From: Vreelandella halophila
GTDB taxonomy: Bacteria; Pseudomonadota; Gammaproteobacteria; Pseudomonadales; Oleiphilaceae
DNA length: 24,000 nt
Direction of reading: 5' to 3'
Assembly: GCF_009856365.1 (NCBI RefSeq)
Contig: NZ_WMEX01000003.1
Span: forward strand, 251,735-275,734
Below are positions 9,580 through 15,827 of the stretch, piece by piece. The first letter of the stretch is position 1. Each line of letters starts with the position of its first letter. Position numbers and translations under genes: made by a program. Below the pieces are notes generated by a model. It saw nothing but the letters and a program-made list of their open reading frames with translations, made no database searches and had not been told where the DNA came from.

Positions 9580-10513
9580 CATGCCATTCCAATGCCGTCT
9601 CGTGCGGCATAAACCTCTCATTTTCCGGACGTCGCACAAACTGCCCGGAAAGCTCTTTCAGCTCATTATTGACCGGCAACGCACTCGCTGCCTCGGAGAC
9701 CTGTATCTGCATCTCAGGTGTCACAGTAAAGAGACCGTTATCAAAAGCCCAGTGATGATTCGGGCACAAAGCCAATCCATTACGTGGATCATCAGTGCCT
9801 CCTGCCGCCACAGGAATAATGTGCGCCGCCTGGGCTGCTGCCGGTCCCTCGGGGACACTTAATCCCGAACCACAGACGCAGCAGCGATAGCCATATTCAC
9901 TTAGAACCAGTCTGGAGAATGCTGCTCTTCTGACAGGCTTGCGTGCATTACTATTACGATGGTTTCGATCTGCAAACCCGAGGAATTCTTCCTGTGTCTG
10001 CGCCCAGAGGGTTGATTCTTCGTTCTCAATTCCATTCGTGCTTAAGACTTGCTCGCCAAGCACCCCGGAACGTCTATTGTTAACGCGAGATTGCAACTCC
10101 GCGTATCCGGAATCGTTTCGCCGAATAAGCTGAAAGCAATAACGTTCTGGCTGGTCAAGATGTCTCCGTATAAGAAGGAAGTCACCCGCTACTGCCTCGT
10201 TTAGTAGAGGGCGCAAGTTGTCAGTAACACGTGTCTCCGGGTTACGGGTAGCTCCCCATGTCTGGTACTGATACCGTGAGTTTACTCGTTTCAGGAACAC
10301 AAGCCCCAGATAAAGGTCCGCCTGAATCCTCACGCCGGCAGTATTTTGTCCAAGTGGTAGTTCCGGAAAATATTGCCGAAGATCTGTAGGCAAAAGAAAT
10401 CCGGCTTGATGGCCTCTTGCTTGCCCCGTGTCATTACGAGGCAAACGCTTAAAGAGGGGGTTGTCCCAGTCATTGACATTTGGGAGCTCGTTAAGAATTT
10501 CAGATAATGACAT
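9560..10513 (-). CDS. EcoRII-N-like (B3-type pseudobarrel) DNA-binding domain fused to an HNH endonuclease domain
   Basis: N-terminal FKRLPRNDTGQARGHQAGFLLPTDL closely resembles the EcoRII effector-domain signature IKRLSANDTGATGGHQVGLYIP. The C-terminal part has CCVCGSGL....AAHIIPVAAGGTDDPRNGLALCPNHHWAFDNGLF, an HNH motif. The 3' end overlaps vsr convergently by 20 nt. Confidence 0.8.
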   Translation of the reverse strand: MSLSEILNELPNVNDWDNPLFKRLPRNDTGQARGHQAGFLLPTDLRQYFPELPLGQNTAGVRIQADLYLGLVFLKRVNSRYQYQTWGATRNPETRVTDNLRPLLNEAVAGDFLLIRRHLDQPERYCFQLIRRNDSGYAELQSRVNNRRSGVLGEQVLSTNGIENEESTLWAQTQEEFLGFADRNHRNSNARKPVRRAAFSRLVLSEYGYRCCVCGSGLSVPEGPAAAQAAHIIPVAAGGTDDPRNGLALCPNHHWAFDNGLFTVTPEMQIQVSEAASALPVNNELKELSGQFVRRPENERFMPHETALEWHASHVFE

Positions 10514-10673
10514 ATAAAAAATTTCCGAAATTGAGCCAGAGCTCTACTTCTAACATTATAGAAAGAAGATTTTTTCATACATTGACCGCACCTTTAAAAG
10601 GGGGACGCTCACGATCGGTGCCGCTACTATAAGGTTGCAATTGTGTAGCTACCCATAATCATCCCTACAAGCG

Positions 10674-12032
10674 CTACTGCTCGGCAGCCCCATCCAAATC
10701 TTTACCGGGATCGTCATCCTCCTCCTTCTCAACCGGATCCCGCCGATTAATCCTAGGGGGCGGCGCCACCCAGGCCCGGAGCCTCTGCCCTACCTGTTCA
10801 TAGAATCGCGGCACCGCTGCTTCCAGTTCATCAATGAAGACCTTGTTCCCGGCGAAGCGTCCGGCCAGGTCGACCATGTAGAAGACTTCAAACTTCGAGG
10901 GCACGACGTTGGTGGTGTCGGAATCTAGGGCGTTGGCGTCGTTCATCAGTGTTTCCAGTGGCGCCTGGGTTTCCTCGGCGTTGCCAGTGCGGAAGGCTTT
11001 CACGAACATGTCATTGGTTTCGGCCTTGGTGAGCTGTCGTGTCAGCCAGTTGACCCGGGCCGATGTGCGTTTCTTGTCCTTGGGCGCGCTTAGCTTCATG
11101 GAGCAGGAAATGGTTCGCTTGGTGAGGTTGGCAACCACCTCGATGTCCGTGGCGGCGTGGGGCACGTCCAGCACGCAGCGCAGGACCTGTTCGTTCACCA
11201 GCGTCTCGCAGTCGTCCTTGAGCCGTGCCTGGGGGTCGGTGCGGTGCGCGCGTGAGAGCTTGAGGCCGACGTTCTGGCCCAGCTTGCGGCTCATAATCAG
11301 GCAGAGATCACGCTGTTCCTGGTGCCAGCAGGAGACGGTGTTGATCACATCCTCGGAGTTCTTGCCCAGCGATGCCCCACTCTTCACGTGCCCGACCACG
11401 TCCTTCCATTCCGGGTTCATGCGGTCGAAGTTGGAGACGCCGCTGGAGTCGTGGCTGAGGTACCGCTGGACTTCCTCCAGCACGAACTGCTGGTCCTCGG
11501 ATTCAACGCCGTCCTGTTCCAGCAGCAGGGTCGCCTGGGTGAGCGCGTACATCCAGGACCAGTGATAGAGTTCGACGCTCTTGAGGTATTTCTTAGGGAG
11601 CTTGATGGGGTGATGGGTGGGCAGCGCGACAAACTGGTTGGAGATGGTGATGACAGCGTCCAGCTTGTTCTCCTTGGCGATCTGCAGGTACTGCTTGAGC
11701 TGTTCCTCCCCCACCTCGGCGTTGCCGATCTTGGCTTCAATCAACGCCCGCCACTGCTTCTTGCCCGTGTCCAACACCAGCAACCCGTCCGGCCGCTCCT
11801 GCTTGGGCACCTTGGGATCAGACTGGAAGACCACCTCCGTCCACGCCTCCACCTTCGCCTTCTTCCCGACCCGTATGCCCAGGGAGTTGAGCATGATCTT
11901 CTGGAACTCATGCACACCCCGGAACGCGGCCAGCAGGATGGAGGCGGCGCGTTGCTCTTTGTTTGAGTCGGCGGTGACGGGGATGAGGCGGGCAATCTCG
12001 CCACGGGTAACGCAGTCCGGCAGGTCGATCAT
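10674..12032 (-). CDS. Hypothetical protein with a PD-(D/E)xK nuclease-like core (452 aa from ATG 12032)
   Basis: RPDGLLVLDTGKKQWRALIEAKIG fits a D...ExK restriction-endonuclease-fold motif, followed by ITISNQF. The rest is unassigned. The track ORF extends to 12200, but that extension reads through a 13-bp tandem repeat. ATG 12032 (M57, MIDLPDC) with an upstream AGGGA is preferred. The gene is GC-rich. Confidence 0.55.
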   Translation of the reverse strand: MIDLPDCVTRGEIARLIPVTADSNKEQRAASILLAAFRGVHEFQKIMLNSLGIRVGKKAKVEAWTEVVFQSDPKVPKQERPDGLLVLDTGKKQWRALIEAKIGNAEVGEEQLKQYLQIAKENKLDAVITISNQFVALPTHHPIKLPKKYLKSVELYHWSWMYALTQATLLLEQDGVESEDQQFVLEEVQRYLSHDSSGVSNFDRMNPEWKDVVGHVKSGASLGKNSEDVINTVSCWHQEQRDLCLIMSRKLGQNVGLKLSRAHRTDPQARLKDDCETLVNEQVLRCVLDVPHAATDIEVVANLTKRTISCSMKLSAPKDKKRTSARVNWLTRQLTKAETNDMFVKAFRTGNAEETQAPLETLMNDANALDSDTTNVVPSKFEVFYMVDLAGRFAGNKVFIDELEAAVPRFYEQVGQRLRAWVAPPPRINRRDPVEKEEDDDPGKDLDGAAEQ

Positions 12033-12094
12033 GGCTGCTTGTCCCTGGTTGGTGGTTCTCACGTCGCTGTGCAATGCAGCGGCTGAATACCCTG

Positions 12095-12165
12095 CCTTGC
12101 AAACCGGCCTTGCAAACCGGCCTTGCAAACCGGCCTTGCAAACCGGCCTTGCAAACCGGCCTTGA
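12095..12165. repeat. Perfect tandem repeat, 13-bp unit CCTTGCAAACCGG x5 plus a partial sixth unit (CCTTGA)
   Basis: Read directly: units at 12095-12107, 12108-12120, 12121-12133, 12134-12146 and 12147-12159. It lies in the divergent intergenic region between the PD-(D/E)xK gene (start 12032) and toxin 1 (start 12326). The paralogous locus at 17961-17976 carries only one degenerate unit (TTCTGAAACTGG-CCTTGA). Confidence 0.95.
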
Positions 12166-12325
12166 TTCAGCGTAGCAGACAACAGTGCAATGGGGATCAT
12201 AAAAGGCCATGGCGGTAGGGCCTTCGCTTGACACCGGAATCGACGGTTTGGAAGATACGCCTGTCGTCACGGAGACAGGGAAGACGACACCCAAGGACGA
12301 AACAGATTCAAGGAGCGAGCCCACC
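12158..12325 (+). repeat. Conserved non-coding leader upstream of toxin gene 1 (copy 1 of 2)
   Basis: 168 nt that align with 17971-18139 (169 nt) with only scattered substitutions and a 1-nt indel (GACACCCAAGG vs GACACCCCAAGG). The indel breaks any common reading frame, so the conservation is not protein-coding. The leader contains a GTCGTC-N14-GACGAC hairpin and an AAGGAG SD. Confidence 0.85.
12228..12256 (+). promoter_or_regulatory. Candidate sigma70-type promoter TTGACA-N17-GAAGAT inside the conserved leader
   Basis: A perfect -35 hexamer at 12228-12233 and a weak -10 at 12251-12256. The identical arrangement is present in copy 2 (18041-18069). No transcript data. Confidence 0.25.
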
Positions 12326-13342
12326 ATGCCCCACGTTGTAAGCGCCCCCTGCGGAATGAGCAGTCGCCGGCTGGCGGAACGCCACCTCCGGAGCAACGAC
12401 GACGAAACCACCCGGCAACTCCAGGAAAACCTCGAACGGAACAACTCTAGCAAGCTCAGTAATGGCACCACCAAGATGCCGGCGCTGATCGTAACGCCGG
12501 ATGGAACCCGGGTGAGCGAGCGAGAGGAAACCGAATGCGACCGCCTGAGCAAGGACCTGGATCGGCTCCAGAGGCGGCTTGGCCAGGAGAACTACCGCAA
12601 ACTTGTTGAGCTTACCAACACTGCCGGTCCGGAGGCGCTCAGCGTTGTTATGGCGGCCGAGCGGTGGGTTCAGAAGCATAAGGACTCACTGTCTATGGGC
12701 CTTGGCCTGACAGGTGGTGCGGTTTCCGGCGCAAAAAGCCGACTGGACGAGTTCGGCAAATCGCTGGCCCGTTACGAGGATGCCCTTAATACCTATCTGC
12801 TCAGTAAACATACACCAGCTGCCAAGCGTGCCAAGGCAAGAGAAGCGGCTCAGCGAGCCTTTAAGGATCTCAACAGTCGCTTTGCGGCGGAACTGGAAAC
12901 GATGGCTCAGAGTTCCCGCTACAAAAATTGGGTCCACAATCCTTTCCGGAGCTTCGCTGGTGGCGTTGAAGCTTCCTTCAATAGCAGTGGCAGCCCCATC
13001 AATTCCCTGCCCGAAACCAAAAGGCTCAACCTGGGTCTTAGTGCAACGCGGGTTCTGAGTAAAGGGACGTTTGCGCTTGACCTTGTGAGTCGTGGGACTC
13101 GGGTCATGTACAGTGACAACAAGGATTATCAGCTGGCCAAGGAAGCAACGAGCCTTGCGTTTTCTCTGGGCGGTGCCTCAATTGTAGCCCAGGGCGTAAC
13201 GCTCGGTTTAACCCTGGTGTTGGCTCCAACTGGGCTGACGCTAATCGTCAGCGTCGCAGCCGCATCCGCACTTTCTGCTGTCATTATCGATCTCCTTGTC
13301 CGAGATATTTTTGACGCGTCCGCTAACGCGTTAACCGACTGA
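12326..13342 (+). CDS. Putative membrane-active (colicin-like pore-forming?) polymorphic toxin, copy 1 (338 aa)
   Basis: ATG 12326 is preceded by AAGGAG at 10-nt spacing. This start is shared with the paralogue, whereas the upstream in-frame extension from 12209 is not. The central region is helical and charged. It ends in a ~55-aa hydrophobic Gly/Ala/Leu-rich stretch (LGGASIVAQGVTLGLTLVLAPTGLTLIVSVAAASALSAVIIDLLV) plus a short amphipathic tail (RDIFDASANALTD). A small membrane protein gene follows immediately. Confidence 0.55.
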   Translation: MPHVVSAPCGMSSRRLAERHLRSNDDETTRQLQENLERNNSSKLSNGTTKMPALIVTPDGTRVSEREETECDRLSKDLDRLQRRLGQENYRKLVELTNTAGPEALSVVMAAERWVQKHKDSLSMGLGLTGGAVSGAKSRLDEFGKSLARYEDALNTYLLSKHTPAAKRAKAREAAQRAFKDLNSRFAAELETMAQSSRYKNWVHNPFRSFAGGVEASFNSSGSPINSLPETKRLNLGLSATRVLSKGTFALDLVSRGTRVMYSDNKDYQLAKEATSLAFSLGGASIVAQGVTLGLTLVLAPTGLTLIVSVAAASALSAVIIDLLVRDIFDASANALTD

Positions 13343-13351
13343 GAGGGTTTC

Positions 13352-13777
13352 GTGATATTCATAGCCAATCCGTGCGACAGCGTCATTCTGGGTTATCTGA
13401 TTCCGATTGTGATGTTCCCGGTTATCCCACTCATGATATTGGCGTATCCCATTTTAGGCCGACATTTTGACGAGAAAGTACACAACCGGGAATCTCCGGA
13501 TTTCTGGATTGGGCCAATAGGGACTTTCATCGCGCGACCGGTGGGCTATGCGTTCTATATCGTCGTTAACGTTGATTGGGACAAGCTCGAAGCACGTGCG
13601 AGACGGCGTAACCCTGACCACAACCCTGTAGCCCTGCTTACCAGAACCTATGGCCACATTGATTTTCGCGGCGAGGCTAACACCCTGCAGATCGGGCTGA
13701 GCTGGCTTTACGTGCTATCGCTTTCCTTAACGGTGCTACTCGCTTTCATTCATGCTTTCTGCAAATACGTACTATGA
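13352..13777 (+). CDS. Putative cognate immunity protein 1, 141-aa integral membrane protein (about 3 TM segments)
   Basis: GTG start 9 nt after the toxin stop, with a GAGAGGG SD. Hydrophobic segments at the N-terminus, middle and C-terminus. Conserved YPxLGRHFD and DWxK motifs are shared with two paralogues (14565, 19166). Confidence 0.6.
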   Translation: MIFIANPCDSVILGYLIPIVMFPVIPLMILAYPILGRHFDEKVHNRESPDFWIGPIGTFIARPVGYAFYIVVNVDWDKLEARARRRNPDHNPVALLTRTYGHIDFRGEANTLQIGLSWLYVLSLSLTVLLAFIHAFCKYVL

Positions 13778-14295
13778 AATGGCTATCCTCAATCGCCGGT
13801 CTACTGATTGTTGGCCTTCTCGGCTATTCCGGCCTGAGCTTCTACGTTCTGCAGGCAAGCAGCCCAGATACCAACGCGTCCTGCGCTATCGGTGACAGCG
13901 GGACTCATATCCCTCAATTCGCCTGCCGTTGGTATCTTGAGCATCAACTGACTAGTAAAAGAGAAAGCGGCGATGCCCAGAGTGTGCTTCACTTGGCAAT
14001 CGGCGCTTACCCAACAGATCCCGAGCAAGCTCAGGAGATTATGGAGCTGGCCCTTTCTGAAGGCGCACAGATCAACGATTTCTCGCCGGTGACCGGTTAT
14101 CCCCCATTGCATGAGGCGGTCCTGCTCAACGAGCCGCGGCTTGCTGAATTCCTCCTCCAGAGAGGAGCCGATCCGGAGATAGAGGATCAAAACAAGGAGG
14201 TGACGGCGCGTGAACTGCTGTCGGCTATTGAGGAGCGGAATCCGGAAAAGGATCTGTCAAGGATGGTGACACTGTTACAAGAGGAACGAGAATAG
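13774..14295 (+). CDS. Ankyrin-repeat protein with N-terminal signal-anchor/TM segment
   Basis: ATGA start/stop overlap with immunity gene 1. N-terminal hydrophobic IAGLLIVGLLGYSGLSFYVL. ANK-like repeats are present (TGYPPLHEAVLLNEPRLAEFLLQRGADPEIED). Confidence 0.7.
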   Translation: MKWLSSIAGLLIVGLLGYSGLSFYVLQASSPDTNASCAIGDSGTHIPQFACRWYLEHQLTSKRESGDAQSVLHLAIGAYPTDPEQAQEIMELALSEGAQINDFSPVTGYPPLHEAVLLNEPRLAEFLLQRGADPEIEDQNKEVTARELLSAIEERNPEKDLSRMVTLLQEERE

Positions 14296-14402
14296 GAAAG
14301 CGGCAGGAACGGGAACATACGGCTGTCAATTCACTCGAGGCAGGTCAGCTCAAGCTGATCGAAGGCTTATGGCCAGAGCCGCTGCGGACAACTTTTTTCA
14401 GG

Positions 14403-14552
14403 GAACCTGTTTTTGTCTTTGCTCTTGTAGGCGGTCCAGGAGGGCTTGTTCTTCTAATCAGCACGGCTGCAGTTGGCAGGTTGGCCGCTTACGGCGGGGA
14501 CTCCTTTGGACGCCTGCTGTTTGATACCGCTGCAGAACCACTGGTCGACTGA
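14403..14552 (+). pseudogene. Orphan 3' fragment of a third toxin allele (C-terminal ~49 codons, no start codon)
   Basis: The frame ending at TGA 14550-14552 translates to EPVFVFALVGGPGGLVLLISTAAVGRLAAYGGDSFGRLLFDTAAEPLVD. This aligns with the toxin 3 C-terminus AAFGLTLVLGPSGLVLLITLTSIGALTAYNTDLIARDLFDDTAEALLK. Similarity is lost upstream of ~14400. An immunity paralogue follows 12 nt later. Confidence 0.6.
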
Positions 14553-14564
14553 AAGGTCATTGTT

Positions 14565-14990
14565 ATGGATGCCAGTTCGTTGTGTGAAAGCACCTTTGTT
14601 GGGATCCTGGTTCTCATAGTCGGGCTCCCTCTTCTTCCTTGTGTGCTGCTCGGCTATCCACTGCTTGGCCGACATTTCGACCCGTTGATCCGCGAAAGGG
14701 CCTTCCCTGATTTCTGGCTAGGACTCCTCGGGACGCTCATCATGCGACCGATTGGGTACGCCCTACTCGTTGTAGTGAATCCCGACTGGGAAAAGATCAG
14801 GGCCAAGAACAGCCATCGGGATAACAAAGGGGTTGATCTGGTCGCGATGTACCTCCGGACCTATGGCGGTATCGACTACCGCAATGAATCCAGTTGGCTG
14901 CAGTTCGGATTCAGCCTGATTTATGTGTCGTCGTTACTCCTGATAGTGCCGCTGGGCCTACTGCTTGCTCCATGCAGTTGGTCTGGATAA
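14565..14990 (+). CDS. Putative immunity protein 2 (141-aa membrane paralogue, paired with the orphan toxin fragment)
   Basis: Same length and same motifs (YPLLGRHFDP, RPIGYAL, NPDWEK, RTYGGIDY) as the proteins at 13352 and 19166. Confidence 0.6.
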   Translation: MDASSLCESTFVGILVLIVGLPLLPCVLLGYPLLGRHFDPLIRERAFPDFWLGLLGTLIMRPIGYALLVVVNPDWEKIRAKNSHRDNKGVDLVAMYLRTYGGIDYRNESSWLQFGFSLIYVSSLLLIVPLGLLLAPCSWSG

Positions 14991-14998
14991 AAAAAAGC

Positions 14999-15466
14999 AT
15001 GACTTCGGTCTTTTGCCTGACATTGACCTGTTCAGGCTGTGTAACAGCAGAACCCATGCCGGCGAAAGCCCGGTATATGGCTTTTGAGGAGGCCCTTAGC
15101 GATACAGACGATAACCGCACCTACGGCAAGTACCTCTCGAACCGACTTATGTCCTTTCATAAAAAGGCTGCGTCGAAGGAAGAGCAGGATTCCTACCGAA
15201 AACCGGGCGCTTTCCCGTTGTGGCTAACGGAAGAAACCGCATTCCACGAACGCAGCCGTGCTGAAGGGCAATGCGTGACGGTTTCAGGTAAGACATATGA
15301 TGGCAAACCGGGCTATGTAGCCATTCGCTATATCAAGGAGCACGGCTCCTTGAAGGCAGATGACATTCACTATGAATACCTGGAAACGCGCCAGGATTTC
15401 CCTTCGGAAGCCATATGCCCGGATGAGATAACGCTGTCATTTCCCAGCGACGAAGATGGGCAATGA
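14999..15466 (+). CDS. Putative secreted protein or lipoprotein, function unknown (155 aa from ATG 14999)
   Basis: The track ORF starts at 14894 inside the immunity gene. ATG 14999 gives a signal-peptide-like MTSVFCLTLTCSGCVTA. No family recognised. Confidence 0.4.
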   Translation: MTSVFCLTLTCSGCVTAEPMPAKARYMAFEEALSDTDDNRTYGKYLSNRLMSFHKKAASKEEQDSYRKPGAFPLWLTEETAFHERSRAEGQCVTVSGKTYDGKPGYVAIRYIKEHGSLKADDIHYEYLETRQDFPSEAICPDEITLSFPSDEDGQ

Positions 15467-15827
15467 ACAGCACCAAAGGACCTGGAATCTCGGTCCACAA
15501 ATGGTTTTCCCTCTCGCGGGTACACTGGTTGTTGGTTTCCTCGGCTATACCGGGCTGGGGCTGGGGTTGCGGAGCCTGCACACTGCGGACATAGAGGATG
15601 TATCACTCTGCGTGACCGAGGACAATACCCACGAGGCCAAACAACGGTTAAGAATTCAATCTGGAAATGCTGCCCTGTGTCACCCCCCTTACTACAACAC
15701 TATTCGAGCCACTCAATGCTCCCATCCAGCGCAACGAGTAAGAGTGAGAGTGTTGTCCTGGACTTGGCAAGGTCTGGGAGGCGATGCCACAAACCGCGGT
15801 ACTGTTTCAGATCTGGCAGGGCGATAG
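15456..15827 (+). pseudogene. Probable 3'-truncated paralogue of the ankyrin/TM gene (similarity only over the first ~60 codons)
   Basis: LAGTLVVGFLGYTGLGLGLRSLHTADIEDVSLCVTEDNTH aligns with IAGLLIVGLLGYSGLSFYVLQASSPDTNASCAIGDSGTH of the 13774 product. Similarity stops near nt ~15636. The rest of the ORF runs antisense into the convergent gene 15700-16320 and has no ANK repeats. Confidence 0.35.

Noticed and set aside
12095-12165. Possible CRISPR array
   Set aside because: The units are only 13 bp and directly abutting, with no spacers. No cas genes are present. This is a simple tandem repeat.
10909-12165. Several 180-220-aa plus-strand ORFs antisense to the PD-(D/E)xK gene
   Set aside because: They are overlapping, mutually exclusive frames in GC-rich DNA with low-complexity products and no SD sequences. 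The minus-strand frame has the more protein-like composition.
12033-12200. N-terminal extension of the 508-aa ORF containing a repeated peptide GRFARPVCKAGLQ
   Set aside because: The peptide repeat is simply the 13-bp tandem DNA repeat read through three units. A 13-bp unit is not a multiple of 3, so any copy-number change would shift the frame. A conventional ATG (12032) with an upstream purine-rich stretch follows. I treat the repeat as intergenic.
12209-12325. Long N-terminal extensions of the two toxin ORFs (track starts 12209 and 18041), and the 78-aa ORF at 18022-18258
   Set aside because: A 1-nt indel between the otherwise near-identical leaders puts these extensions in different frames in the two copies. 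The 18041 start is the TTG of a TTGACA box. Both copies share MPHVV preceded by AAGGAG.
11908-12552. 214-aa minus-strand ORF spanning the tandem repeat and the toxin leader, and the paralogous 118-aa and 115-aa ORFs at 17916-18366
   Set aside because: They are antisense to a conserved leader and toxin 5' region, they cross the tandem repeat, and the two copies are not maintained as the same frame or length. Most likely an artefact.
14894-14998. Upstream start for the 190-aa ORF overlapping immunity gene 2
   Set aside because: It would overlap the conserved immunity gene by ~100 nt. An internal ATG at 14999, just after the immunity stop, yields a signal-peptide-like N-terminus.
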